NCBI GenBank assembly: GCA_028534125.1
Contig: CM052832.1
Coordinates: 12,340,001 to 12,404,000, forward strand
Origin: Lama glama
Lineage: Eukaryota
DNA length: 64,000 nucleotides
Direction of reading: 5' to 3'
Positions 41,790 to 55,530 of the stretch are shown in pieces. Each line of letters opens with the position of its first letter. Within the stretch, counting starts at the first letter, position 1. Below the pieces are notes generated by a model, which saw only the letters and a program-made list of their open reading frames with translations, searched no databases and was not told the DNA's origin. Position numbers and translations under genes: made by a program.

Positions 41790-43290
41790 CACGTATTTTT
41801 TAATCCAGCAATTTCACTTTAAGAAAATTGTTTTTAAGAAAACAAGTACAAAAAGATGTATATATTAAAAAATAGTGACATAACAAAAGGACATCAAAAT
41901 CAGCCTGAAAGGATTCATAGTAGCCAAATCTGGCACATTTTCAGCATTAAAAACAAAAAAAAGTAATGGATTATAATGTGTTGAGTAAAATAGGAATTAA
42001 TGGGTTCATATTGATACAATTTTAAAATGGAAGAGAAGGGAAAGCTCTTTGTTACAGTAGAAAGTAAATAAATACAGAAGAAATTATACGGTTAATAAAA
42101 GTCATCAGTGGATGCTAAAACTGGTGGGTGAAATTTTCATGAGGAACAGGATATTCATATAGTCTCAAAGCATCTCCCCACAAATTCCTTATTAATTAGA
42201 AAGGAAACATAGTAGTGCAGAGACCTGGGGATTTCACCTTAATCACACATCTCATGATATGGTACAATAAGGACACATCACTTTTGTAATATTCCTCTCA
42301 AAAATGCATAATTTGAATCTAATCATAAGGAAACATCAAACGCAAATTGAGGAACATTCTACAAAACAATTGACCTGGATTTCTCACTAATGTCAAGGTC
42401 AAGAATAACAAACAAAAACAGGCTAAGGGATAGTTCCAGATTAAAAGAGACTAAAGAGACATAATAATTAAATGCAATGAAATTAAACTCTGATGGGTGT
42501 GGGGGAGATAGCGCAGAATATTACTGAGACAAATGATGAAATCTGAATATGATCTGTGGATTAGATAATAAAATTATATTAATATTAAATTTCCGGATTT
42601 TGATCATTTTACTGTGGTGGTTATAACCTTGTTCTTAAGAAACTATACAGTGAAATATTAAGGATAAAAAAGGTACAATGTCTGCAACTGATGCTAAAAT
42701 GCTTCAGGAAAAGGGATGGGTGTGTGTGTGTGTGTGTGGGTGTGTGTGTGTGTATCCACAAATACACAGAATGATTAAACAAATGTGGTAAACAACTGTT
42801 GAATCTGCATAAAGGACATATGGAAGTTCTCTGTATTATTTTTTGCAACTTTCTTTTTTAAGCTGAAATTGTATCAAATTTTAAAAGTTTTTAAAAGGTG
42901 TGTACATGGCAGCAACTCAAGCATCCACTGGTGAATGAATGGATAAACAAAGTGTAGTTTACATATATAATGGAATATTATTCAGCCTTGAAGAGGAAGG
43001 GAATTCTGTCACATGCTACAACATGGATGAACTTTGAGAACATTATGTTAAATGAAATAAGTCAGTGACAAAAAGACAAACAGTGTATAAAGAATGATAG
43101 TTGCCAGGGGCTGGGGGAGAAGGGAATTGAGAGCTTTAATGGGTACAGAGTCTGTTTTGCATGATGAAAAGAGTTCTGGAGGGTGACTGCATGACAAGGT
43201 GAACGTACTTAACAGTACTAAACTGTATATTTTAAAATGGTCAAGATGGTAAGTTTTATGGTACGTGAATTTTACCACAATTTAAAAATC
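41790..43290 (+). mobile_element. Ancient L1 (L1MC/L1MB-like) 3' fragments
   Basis: aatctaatcataaggaaacatcaaacgcaaattgaggaacattctacaaaac; gaatggataaacaaagtgtag...ggaatattattcagccttg...catggatgaactttgagaacattatg. Confidence 0.8.
42720..42753. repeat. (GT)n microsatellite
   Basis: Seen directly, with one interruption. Confidence 0.9.
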
Positions 43291-44389
43291 TAAAATATAT
43301 ATAATATATATAATAAAAACCCTAAAATATATATAATAACTATCTTTAAAAAGATATATACAAGAATTGTCACTGCAGCCTTTTCCATAACAGTGTTAAC
43401 AACCAAAATGTCCTTTGAGAGATGAGGCAGATTTATATGTACAGACACAGTGGGAAAAAAAGTAGAAAATGCAGGCTTATAAATACTATGTTTAATATAT
43501 TATTTGTGTATCAAACCTAAATTTAGTTTTTTTTAAGTTCTTTTATTCATTTCTCCCCCAAAAGTCTTACACAGAAACAACATAAGTTTAGGAGTAGTAA
43601 TACCCAAGTGACAGAATTAGGAAGGGAAATATTTTCTACACTCATGCCACAACTGGCTTTTTTTAAACAGTAAGTATGTATTTTTTTAAATCTTGAAAAC
43701 AAAACATAGAACACATGACAAATATCTGCATTCTCACCACCCAGATTTAACTAATTTTAATATCTGTTGTATTTGCATTACGTCTGTGCATCATCAATAG
43801 GCGACAGGGTAATACAGCTTTCTAGAAGGGCTACTTCTACTCCTGGGTTCCTCAACGTAGTAATGACAGACAAAATGGATGAGACGCATAAGACCAGAGA
43901 ACCTTGATCAGTTTATGAATCCCTGAAGCCCTACTTGGCTGGGCTGCAGAACAGCCCTGGAAGCCTCCCTTCCCTATATGTGGACGCCCACGAAGGAGCA
44001 GAGTGCAGCCCCCAACTGTTTTTATTCTCTACCCTCTTTGTTCTCTGGCACTTGTATTAATTAGTTCATACCCTTCCACACACCCCCTTATAGATAATAC
44101 TTACATTAAGATCATGTGAAGGAAAAGTCACTCCCTGCAAGATGAAGAATGTGCAGCTGGGAAATTAATCTTTGATTCACTCAATTCTACAGTAAACATT
44201 CAGTAATATGCTGGGTTTGTTATCACTTATTTATACTTGGTGAACAGGCAGCCACTTGACTAGTCTCCAGAAGAGCTGGAAAGGGACATGAAGGCACAAC
44301 CTATACACCTACCCCTCAAGAGAATGACAAGGATGAGCTTCTACGGATCCACAGAGAATTCTTGTCCTAACTTCTTATCTTCCTTTAAA

Positions 44390-46090
44390 CATTTTTATAA
44401 TCATATAATTCTAAAACACATTATAATTTGAAATCTGTGTCTAAGTCCAACAACTGAGCCCACTTGAAAGGCAGCTTCTATTGCCTGCTTTATTTCTGGC
44501 ATATGATCACACTTCTCATTTTCTTTGCATGTCTTACAACTCTTTGTTGAAAACTGGACAGTTGAGATAATACATTGTACCAGTTCTGGTTACTTACACT
44601 CCCCCTGTTTGGGGGCAAAGGAAGTTGTTGTTTGGTTGACTGGCTGGTTACCTGTTTAGTGGCTTGGTTGTACTAATTCTGTGAAGTCTCTTTACCCTGC
44701 AACTGCAACGCGCAGCCTCTGATGTCCCTGCTCAGGCTTTTCCCTTGTTTTTATCTTTTAGCCTAGAATGCCAGAGGTCATCCATGGGTCCACATAAAGC
44801 TCTTACTGGTCAAAGGTTGTGCTTAAGCCTCCTTGGTCAGATAAATTTCCACCCCTTATTGTTGTTGAATGTGTTGTGGTTTGGAGACTGCTTTCACTTT
44901 CCAAGGAATTTCTGGTTTTGTCCTACATTCAGCTATGGCCTAACAGCTTGGAGGCACTCTCTCTGGTCACTACTGAGAGGGTGCAGCCTTTGGCATGCAC
45001 AGTCTCCCACACCTCAGGGATGAATTGCAATGTGGCTTTCCAGGAATTCCCCCTGGGTCAGAATAGCTTATTGTTTAGTCAGTGTTTGTTCATTGGCTGT
45101 GCTTAAGCTCTTTGAGCCAGTAAGACTTTCACATTTTGCTGACGGAGCTGTGTGTGCCCTGGGGAATACTTTCAAGTCCACCCCACATCCTGCTCAAACT
45201 GCTCCCACGTGGGTACAGCTTAATACAAACGCACAGCCCTCCACATCCCAGGAGGGCTCTTTTTGGATGTCCTTTTCCTTGGTTCTGTGAAATTTTTGGC
45301 TGGTTTACCTTTTAGCTTATTGCTACTAGTATCACAGAACTATCTTCCCTCTCTCAACTGTGCCACTGTTTTCAACAATGCCCTTAGGCATGAACTTCTC
45401 TAGGCTTTGTTCCAAATAAAGTCAGTGTCTATGCACCCTCCACCCCTAATAATGCAGAAACCCGTATCAATGCATAGGTACTAAGAGTGAACACAAAAAT
45501 TCACTTCTCCCAGAATATCACCCTGCTTCATCATGGCTTGCCCCTCCTGGTATAGAACCTCTACCCTTTGAACAATCTGGGGCAAGGGCAATCAGGGGTC
45601 CGCTATCATTGGCTTGTTATGTCTGGTGCAGGATTTCCTGCCCTATGAGTAGAAGTTGGGTCAGGGAAGGCACTCCAGTCCTCTTAGCCACCCCTGTCCA
45701 GAACTGGGCTTCTGCAGTATGGGGCCAGACATTGATAAAAGATGCTGGCAGCCTGTCCCTCCTAGGGTGAAACTATATTCCTGGACTCGGAGTGGAGGAA
45801 AAAAAGAAATCTGTATTCTCGCCACATCCTTCTGTAACATGGAGCTGGGAGCTGTAACATGGAGTTGAGAGAAGTAGTGGATAGGAGCAGGTTGTGACTC
45901 AAACGCCAAAGGTTCTTGCTGTTCTTTCCAAGATTTAATAGATTTTGGTGAGTGTTTCTCCATTTGCTGAATGTCCTTAGGGACAATTTCCAGATAATTT
46001 TTTACATGTTTTAAATAATGTTCACTAGATGGCTGTTTCACTGGGGAGAGGGTCTACCAACCTTCTTAAACAGCCATTCCAGAAATTCCC
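44390..46090 (-). mobile_element. Ancient L1 5'-end/5'UTR region (L1M-type)
   Basis: Resembles recalled L1M 5'-end consensus (ttctttgcatgtcttacaactctttgttgaaaactggaca; tgtttctccatttgctgaatgtccttagggacaatttccaga). Recognised by eye only. Confidence 0.55.
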
Positions 46091-48534
46091 ATCCTGCACT
46101 ATTTCCAGAAAATTAAAAAATGCATATGAGATCATAGAATCTGCACCTTTCCTAGATTACAACGGTGTTTGCTCTGTTCTTGAATGACTCAACACTGTTT
46201 ATACAACAGTGTACATTTTAGAAAGAGAAAATGCAAAAACTGTTATAATAAGAATTACATTAATGAGAATTCCCTATATACTACTTAAGCAATATAAGTT
46301 TACTATTTTGACTGTAACTAAATATAAATAAAACTGAAAATTCAGAACATGGATGCATTAGAAAACGCACCACCCTCCCCTTCTTCGGGGATTTTTTTTT
46401 TAAGAGTTTCAAAGGTAAAATACACCATTACTTAAATGCTGGACATACATGCCCAGCCATGTATCATCTTGGTTGCTTAGAAACCATGAGGCATGGTCTG
46501 AATAAGCAAAATTAGAGCGGAAGGAAGGAATCCTTTGTTAAAAAGAGGTTCAAAGAAAAATGCTTGACTATAATTATATATTTTGAGAATGAGACTGCAA
46601 AGCAAACAAACATAATGGAAGGTTTAGGATGTCACAAGTGAAGATGTCTTCTCAACCAAAAGCATTTTAATTCTTAGCGCCCTTAGTTACATACTTCAAC
46701 TCAGCTGCAGTTCACCACAGAAAAGAACAACTTTCGTGCATGTCAAAAATTTCCATAACCCCATGCATCAAAGTGTCAAAAAAACCACCAAGAAAGAAAA
46801 GCTGACCTATATTTATGAACCCCAAAGGTCAGTGTGAAATCAACTTTACAGTAGGCTCAGGAGGTGTAAAAATTTAATTTCCACTTAATTCTGACTATTT
46901 AATAACATGAATCAGATATAAGGCAACCCAGCAACAACCCTGTACATTTGACAGGAAATTTCAAACCTGATTATATTAAAAACATAAAAGATCTGCAGAG
47001 AATGTAGTGCCTCTAATCGCATATAGAAAACATTTATTTAGATTGGTTCCAGTTTATATTATCTATAAAATATCCATTACAGCTCTAAGTTGGTTATATC
47101 TAAACAAAAAGTGATCTTTAATAATTTAATTAACTTAAATTCTAATTACTGGTACTCACTCTGGATCATAATCCTCCCAGAAGATATGTATCTGAGTGCA
47201 AGTACTCAACTTCCTCTTAAATAAAGCAAAATTTTAAAAATAATAAATTGCAAAAGCAAGTGGCTAAAGCAAGAATTTCTCAAGCAAGAAAAGAATGTTC
47301 TAGCCTATCTCTTTTTAGAAGGAAAGGAGTAAAATAATTTTTAAACTTGCCAATAGTTACAGTTCCCGAAGGGGACAGAAAAATTACCTTAGAAACCAGT
47401 AAGAAATATCATATAAAATTCAAAAATTCTTGTGCATATTCTCTTTCACAGGCTTTTATGGTTCACATGCTTGTGAGCTACAAATTTTGGGTGACTGTTA
47501 CACAATTTGCCAATGCTCATTTTCCTGGCTATACAGAGATCAAACAAGAAGGGAAGGACTCACCACACAAAAAGGGTAGTGCTTCTCCCCCACTATGTTC
47601 TAAAGGTCGGCAAAGGGACCTGTATGCTTCTTTGTATTTAATAATAGTGTTGTCTCCACACAATCTGATTTCCATTTAACACTTCTTGATCATTTCTTAA
47701 AATACGATAAACAGCCTGAAATTCCTGAGAAAATCGACCATTTCCTACTCTCCTATATTCAACCTGATTCCAGGGCTAGAAAAGTTTTATTTTGGGTCCA
47801 ATCTGACTTTCTGTTGAGTTAACACATGTCAGGCATACAGTACAGTATGTAGCATATAGTAAATCCAAAAAATGGAAACTGCTATCCTCATCCTTATCCT
47901 GCAGACAACCTCCCCAACATAGAAGTCACAGAGGGCTTTCACCTCATCTCTAACGACATTTACCTCCATTCTGCTTTAACTAACCATTCCCAAAGCAATA
48001 ATCTGAACCTCAGGACCCCAAAGGACCCATTTCAGAACATTTTAAACTCACTATCACATACTGTGACCACAATCTACCTTACTTCCACACCCTTACTCCC
48101 CTCCTTTAGTCCTACAATCCTGCTTTTCTTCCCCAGGACCTCTTAGAGTGATCAGCTTTGTGACAGTCTTACACCCTTATCTAACCCAACTCAAATTCCT
48201 ATGGTTCATTATTTGGACTACTGTGACTAATTCCGAACACCCTTCCAAACTTTGTCTTCTGTTTCATAGGACTGCAAACAAACCCCCAAATCTGAATCAG
48301 TCCCATAGTCTGCTTCTAATCTAGACTGCCAAATTCTGTTAGAAAAAGTACGCAACAGGCCGGACTAGGGCCACTTCAAACTAGCTCCCTTCAATTCTCT
48401 CTGTGGGCTGGTTCCTTACCATCGGCATATAGACATACTAAAATATAGTCCTATAATACATCCTGAAAAGCAAACAAAAAGGCTCTCTTTTGATCCTTGA
48501 CCCCATAGCTATCACTCTTATTCCAGATTCTTAA

Positions 48535-49950
48535 GACAGAAAATGTAGATGACCTTAGGTTTGATGAGGACTTTTTAGATTTAACACCAAAAGCATAACC
48601 CATGAAGAAAAGAGTAAGTTGGATTTCATTAAAAGTAATCTCTGCTCTGCTATAGACACTATTAAGAGATTGAGAAGACAAGTCACAGAATAGGAGAAAA
48701 TATTTCTAAAATACATATCTGATAAAGGACTGTTATCCATAATATACAAAGAACTGTTAAAACTCAAACAATAAGAACACAAACAATCCAATTATAAAAC
48801 AGGTCAGGACTTTGACAGACACCTCACCAAAGCAGATATACAGATGGCAAATGAATATATGAAAAGATGCTCCACATTGTATGTGACTAAAGAAATGTGA
48901 ATTAAAATAAGATACTGCTAGAATGGCCAAAATCCAAAACACTGACAACACCAAATGCTAGTGAGGATGTGGAGCAAGAGGAACTCTCATTCATTGCTGG
49001 TGGGAATGCAAAATGGTAAAGCCATTTTGGAAGGCAATTTGATGGTTTCTTATAAAACTAAACATAGTCCTACCATATGATCCAGCAATCAAGCTCCTTG
49101 ATATTTACCCAAAGGAGTTGAAAACTTATGTCCACACAAAAACTGGCACGTGGATGTTAAAAGAAGATTTTCCATAATTGCCAAAACATGGAAGCAACCG
49201 AGATGTCCTTCAATAGGTGAATGGATAAATAAACTGTGGCACCTTCAGACATATTATTCAAGGCTAACAAGAAATGAGGCATATCAAGCCACAAAAAGAC
49301 ATGGAGGAAACTGAAATGCACATTACTAAGTGAAAGATGCTGAACTGAAAAGACTACATAATATATACTATGTATATTTTATATATATACATATAAAAAT
49401 ATATTTATATATGTATATATATTATTTATATATACTTATATATGTATATATGTGTGTGTATATATATAAAATATATATAAATATATATATAATATATAAT
49501 ATATATATTACATATATATATTATATATATATGATTTCCACTATACAACATTCTGGAAAAGGCAAAACCATGCAGACAGTTAAAAGATCAGTGGTTGCCA
49601 AAGGTTACAGGGAGGGAAGAATAAATAGGCAAAGCACAGAGAATTTTTAGAGCAGCAAAACTACTCTGCATGATACTGTAACAGTGGATATGTAAGATTA
49701 TACATTTGTCAAAACCCACAGAATATACAATACCAAGAGTAAATCCTATGGACTTTGGGTGATAATGATATATTTGTGTAGGTTTGTGAACTGTAACAAA
49801 TGTACCACTCTGGTGGGGGATACTGATAATGGGGAAGGCTTTTGCATGTGTGGCAGGCAGGGGGTATATGGGGAATATCTGTGCCTTCCACTCAATTTTG
49901 CTGTGGACATAAAACTGATACTAAGAAATTAAGCCTATATATTAAAAAGA
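48535..49950 (+). mobile_element. L1 (L1MC/MD-like) ORF2 end and 3'UTR with (TA)-rich insert
   Basis: aatggccaaaatccaaaacactgacaacaccaaatgctagtgaggatgtggagcaagaggaactctcattcattgctggtgggaatgcaaaatgg; 3' end ...gtgccttccactcaattttgctgtggacataaaactg. Confidence 0.9.
49360..49532. repeat. Degenerate (TA)n low-complexity tract inside L1
   Basis: About 170 bp of near-pure A/T, TA-rich sequence. Confidence 0.9.
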
Positions 49951-50069
49951 CTTTTAAGATAAGCTTGATTGAAGCTTAAGAAGAGGTACACATGGTAATA
50001 ACATCAGAGGATGGTAATGCCTACAGAACAAGGATTAACAACTGAAAACCACCACCACCACTTGTTCAC

Positions 50070-50215
50070 TGAGTAATTGATTGAAGGTCAAACACTGTAG
50101 CTAGTGTCCTTACCCTACTTTAAGGAAGTAAAGGCTGACAGAGATGAGGAAACTGAGGCTCACAGAGATTAAGTAGTTTGTCTTAAGTCACACAGCTAAT
50201 AAGGCATAGAAACAA
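50070..50215 (-). mobile_element. MIR SINE fragment
   Basis: gatgaggaaactgaggctcacagagattaagtagtttgtcttaagtcacacagctaataag. Confidence 0.75.
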
Positions 50216-50761
50216 GTAGAACATTCCCCTAAAAGGCAAATATGGATTGAAAGAAGTAGTATTAGGTGGCGAATTCTTTAAAGCTCACAGTACCCAGAGA
50301 GATGCAATTTCTCAATGTGAGAAACTGGTTTGGTAACACTGGTTAAAGAGGTAAACCTTCTGTCAGTCAGTGCCACGCTTAACCTATAAGATTGGATTTT
50401 AACACAATCTAGCAAAAAATATTAAGTTCTACTATTGCAGTTATTTTCCTTAAAGAATCAAAGATTAGAAATTGTAATCTGCCTTGTTAATTTCACCTTT
50501 ATGATACAGTTTGAAGATTAAATCCAAAAGTTCAAAACAATTCATTATTGCACAATTCTTTTTAACTTGTTTTAGATAGAATTAAAATAATTGTATTTAT
50601 CAAATTAAATGTTTGAACTGTAAAATACCATTCAGCAAACAAACCTCAATTCTTATTGGTTATTCAATTGAATTCTTTTTTAAAATGTTAACTTTTAAAA
50701 ATGCCTATTAAAGTCATTCTATTTTGAGAATCATTCTTTAGAACTGATAGTTTCCCATATA

Positions 50762-51068
50762 CAGGCATACCTTGGAGATATTTTGGGATCGGTTCCAGAC
50801 CACCAAAATAAAGCAAATCTTATCAAAAGAAAGTGAGTCACAAAGACTATTTTCATTTCCCAGGGCATATAAAAGTTATGTTTACATTATACTGTGGTCT
50901 ACTAAGCATGCAATAGAATTATCTTTAAAAGGTACCTACCTTAATTTTAAAATATTTTATTACTTAAAAAAAAAAGCTAATAATGATCATCTGACAATAC
51001 AGGGTTGCCACAAACCTTCAATTGTATAGAACACAACATCTGTGAAGTGCAATAAGCCAAAAACAATA
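50762..51068 (+). mobile_element. Tigger1-derived non-autonomous DNA transposon
   Basis: ta|caggcataccttggagatattttgggatcggttccagaccacc...tttcccagggcatataaaagttatgtttac...gggttgccacaaaccttcaatt. Confidence 0.85.
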
Positions 51069-51938
51069 AAAATTTTTTCCTCTGGTTTTACTTAATATCA
51101 ATTTTGGAAACCACTGAAAAAGATGATCATATTTATTTTTATTTACTTTTGTTAAGAATCTGTAAAATGACACTGCATATTTTTCAAGACAACTCAACAG
51201 ATAAAAGATGTGCTCCCTCTGCTGGCTCTGCAGTAGTTCTTTTCAGATGTTCCTTACTCCTTGAAGTGGAAATGCAAAATACCTTTTTTCTAATAAAATA
51301 ACTAGGGAAGGGTGGCACATCCCGTTATAATGTATTGGGCAGCTTTTCAACAAAGCAGATTTAACAAGTAACTGCTAGATCAATACCAATGGACTTCCCC
51401 CTTTCTCATTCTGGATTATTTTCCTGTGTTTTAAATTCTAAATTTCTCATATGGGGTAGGGTGGAGGTGGGAAAGGCAAAAGCTTCATACAAAGAGAACG
51501 GGGAGGTACTAGTATCTTTCACTAAATGAAAACACTGAAACATGCAATTTGGCACACCTGAGTTCACGAAAAAGTTGAAATTGAATGCAAAACATAACCA
51601 GTAAAGTTAAATCGGTTTTAAAAAGCTGAGGAAACTGCTTCAGTAAAAAAGGCCTATTTTGTATTAACAATTTCTCAGATCCCAAAGGGAATGGAAAATC
51701 AATGTACAAGCTAGAAAATACTCTTTCATTAGAAGTTATGTTAAAAAAATTCCTAGAACTTTAAGTCATTTGCAAAAATAAAATTTATTTTGAAACAGTA
51801 TGTATATAGAAGTAAAGTACTTAAACAAAAGCTTTAACTCCGCTTGCTTAAATATATAAAGCTATTAATTTTAACTGTTTTGCCAAGTGCCATTAGATGA
51901 CTGTCCTAAGAGGTGTAATAGAGACATCCTGTGACTGA

Positions 51939-51973
51939 TTGGTTGGTTGGCTGGTTGGTTGGTTGGTTGGTTG
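51939..51973. repeat. (TTGG)n microsatellite
   Basis: ttggttggttggctggttggttggttggttggttg. Confidence 0.9.
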
Positions 51974-52847
51974 ACTGAGCCATCCCTGAAAGGCTTCCAT
52001 GGAGAACATGAAAAATCTATCTTCTTCTTGACTATCAGTAAAATAAAAGATGAGAGGACTTTCAAATCAAGGCACAGTTGCTAATTGCGTACAGTACATT
52101 ACCACAAAAAAGTAACTGTGGATTGGCATGTGAAATTTGGTACAAATGAAATGTGAGTAAATGGAAGGGTGAATAATCCAGACAGAGCTGAATTACTGCT
52201 TTAAACTACTGACTGTCACACACATGCTGTTCTAATTACCTGGTTAAAGCAGCCTACATACTATTCCTGTGAGCCTCCTACAATGGACAGGTTTGGTCTC
52301 ACAATTAGGTAAGGAGGGGAACATTGCAATAAACACAAGTTCCATTAACTAGATCAAACAAGCAGCTGGCGCAATGACACTAGCTAGAAAAATGTTCCGG
52401 CCTGATTTATACTGAGAAATGCAAAATTTCCACCTTAAAAAAAAAAAAAGGGAAGAATGCCAAACTTCAAACTAAAATCCCAGCAATCTAGCTCTTGTAT
52501 AGGGGTTTACTGCAGCCATTTTGGCAACAGCGTTTAAATTTTTCAGAGAGCAGGTTTCTACATGTTTTCAATACGCTTCTCCTTAGCTTCATAGGAAAAG
52601 GATACATCTTTTTGCTAAATTACTCTATCTTTTTATTAGCATTTTGGGCAAATAACCAAGGCTTAGGTCTTACACAGAGTAGCAACATGAGCCCTAGCCC
52701 TGATTAGTAAATACACAGTCACAAAACCAGGTGTGATCTTTATTTTCTAGTTTCTAGATCTGAAGAGTAATAATAAATTAACTTAGAACATATCTTTCAA
52801 ATCAACCAAAGCTGATCATAAGCAAAGGATATGCTAGATTCTAACTG

Positions 52848-53053
52848 CAGCTGACCCCATAAATAATGGGGGTTTGGGGTTCCAACCCTCCACACAGTGG
52901 AAAATCCACATATAATAATCCACTTACAATTGGCCCTTTGTATCTGGGGTTCCTCAGTATAAGGGTCATGTAGTACTGTAGCATTTACCATTTTTAAAAA
53001 AACCCATCTATAAGTGGACCCACAAAGTTCAAACTTATATTGGAGGGTCACTG
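52848..53053 (-). mobile_element. Tigger2-derived MITE
   Basis: TIRs cagctgaccc... and ...gggtcactg|ta; internal taagtggacccacaaagttcaaac. Confidence 0.75.
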
Positions 53054-53297
53054 TAAAATATGACATGGCTACCACAATGCAGGTACACTCGAGCTGAACA
53101 AAGTCCAAGAACTCCTTTGGTCTTTGCCTGGTCACCATTCTCCTCCAGAGTTGTTAGATAAGCAACTTTTCTCAGTTACCCTTAATTCTAGCTTTCAAAG
53201 GAGATGTAGGTATTTATCAAACACTTTTTGGAAACAATCCAGACTTCTGCCTTCCCTAGTAGTTTCTCAGTAAATTTTTTTAAAAGTAGATGCTCAG

Positions 53298-53386
53298 GCT
53301 CACACAGGCACCTCTTGTCTGTGTGGCCTGCTGTTGTCTATGGCAGTGCAACCTAATAAACTTCTTTTCTGTTTTCAAAAAAAAAA
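53298..53386 (+). mobile_element. Short polyadenylated retro-insertion of unknown source
   Basis: AATAAA at 53355-53360, A14 tail, and TSD aaaagtagat(g/t)ctcag at 53282-53297 and 53387-53402. Confidence 0.8.
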
Positions 53387-53939
53387 AAAAGTAGATTCTC
53401 AGAGTTTGTTCTCTTTTGGATAATGAGGTCCATGTCTCCCTATAACTTGCTCTCTCACTTATGGCCCTTCCTATCCCACTCCCATGACCACTGAGCAGAG
53501 CCCAAACGACCCTTTTGATATAACTTAACTGTCCTAAAGACTTGACAAAGATGTTCTCTACAGGGTTATTTTCCTATTGGTGAAATTTTCAAACAGCAGA
53601 TATGCTCAATGAAAAAAAAAATGATTAAAGTATAGCCTGGATTATTATGCCACCATTAAAAACACTTCCAAAGATTATCACCTTTGCTATAAAATGGAAT
53701 TGTTAATATATCATTTATTATACTGATTATATTCAATACAATCTATAACAGAATTATTAGCATTATCATATAACATGGATAAATGCTTAAGATCTAACAA
53801 AAATGCAGTGTGCAAAACTAAGTAGGACTCTAACTATGCAAAATATATATCTATAACAAAGGAGATACACTAAAATGTATTAAAATGTCCAGGTGGGAAC
53901 TTTGTTCGGCAATTAAGTATTAGCTAAACTAACCAACAA

Positions 53940-54090
53940 GCTTTTGAGGTAGTTATAATTATCTTCTCTCACAGTTGTAGAAACTGAGGCTAGTGGAAGT
54001 TAGTAAATTTTCTGAGTCACAGAATTAGAAAGTGGTAGAATCAGGGTGCAAGTGCTCAAGTCTATTGGACTCCAAAGTCTGAGTACTTTC
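53940..54090 (-). mobile_element. MIR SINE fragment
   Basis: cagttgtagaaactgaggctagtggaagttagtaaattttctgagtcacaga...tggactccaaagtc. Confidence 0.62.
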
Positions 54091-54539
54091 CTCCATGTAC
54101 CAGGGAAAGATTCCAGAACTAAGACAGGTTTGCAACTAAACCCTGAACTGAGGTAAGGACTGAAAGTGTTAGGGGGAGTCTGTTGTTTCCAGAAGGGTAA
54201 GATAAAAAAGGTAGGGCTGTGCACAGTGGGGTCATTAGGCAGAAGTTTGCCTTAAGAGCAGGAAAACAATAGTTAATGGAATATGAACCTGAAACTATAT
54301 TAAGCATTGAGGCAGTTAGTCAGGAAGTAAATGAAAGTGGTAAGAAAAATCTAAGCATAGGATTACAGAGTAACTATGTATCATTTTAAGAAAAAAGACA
54401 GAGCACAATGAGGAAAACAAACAGGTGATACAGCACCAAGAATGGAGAACAAAAAACACTAGGTAGTGCAAAAAGCAGCAACTTGAATACAGAAAGCCCT
54501 GAGTGCTATCATGGCCATACAACCTTGAGGAAGATACTT

Positions 54540-55220
54540 TCATCTTTATCTGTATCCTTAATCTATTACATTCTTACTCAAATTGTTTTTACCTTATCTC
54601 AGATACTGTTAAAACCTCAGTAAGTTTTTACTCCATTTATTGCCCTTCTTTTTTGTCACTGTTGTCATCCATTTTGGTTCTACAACTATTTTAAACTCCA
54701 GAAGACACTGGAATTATTAGTTTTCACAGTCAACATTCACTTAAGTTCAGTGACAGTTTTATTTCATCCCCTGCTGCTCATTTCTTCTACCAGCTTCTTC
54801 TGCCTGGCATTTTTGTCTCTGTCCTTCCTAAAGGTTTGTTTCCTTTATTTTTCTTTACCTCTTTTTCTCTTTGTTAAGGACTTCTTTTAAAGCAGATCTG
54901 TGGCTAACAGACTCCTTTGCTTTTGTTTTCATGAAAATGTCTTCCCATTTTTATTTTTAAAGGACATTTTCCTGGTGTTTGAATTACAATCTGACAATTA
55001 TTTTCTTTCTGCCTTTTTAAAGATGCCATCCTACAGACTTCTGGATTTCATTGTTTCTGTTGAGTAATTAGCTCCTGGTCTTAGAATGGCTTCTTTTAAT
55101 GAAATGCATCCTTTTCTCCAAATACTTTAGTTTTTAGTATTTTTACTATGATTGTTACTCAATTCTCTGTGCTGCCAGAGTCAGTTTTACTATGATAAGC
55201 ACTAGTGTGAATTTCTCTGT
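54540..55220 (-). mobile_element. Degenerate L1/HAL1 ORF1-region fragment
   Basis: ttaaagatgccatcctacagacttctggatttcattgtttctgttgagtaattagc is typical of reverse-complemented L1 ORF1. Confidence 0.55.
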
Positions 55221-55229
55221 ATTTTGTGT

Positions 55230-55481
55230 TTTGATGAGAGAGATAATAGAAATTACCCAAATGAATCTCAATGAGGAAAAAAAAAAAGTGTGGAGAATAA
55301 AGAACAGAGTATCCAAGGGCAGTCAAACTTTCAGTCTTATATATGTGTAACTGTAATACTAGAAGACTGAGAGAAAATGGGGCAAAAATAATTTTGAAGA
55401 AAACTGGCCTAGAATTTTCCAAAATTAATGACACCAAATCTCAGTCCAGGAAGCTCAGAAAACATGAAGCAAGAGAAATAC

Positions 55482-55530
<49 letters not shown>

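Noticed and set aside
44745..46041. Cluster of overlapping 70-126 aa ORFs
   Set aside because: No recognisable protein. They lie in a less AT-rich repeat relic where stops are rarer.
49330..49650. Y/I-rich 106-aa ORF
   Set aside because: Translation of a (TA)n tract within L1.
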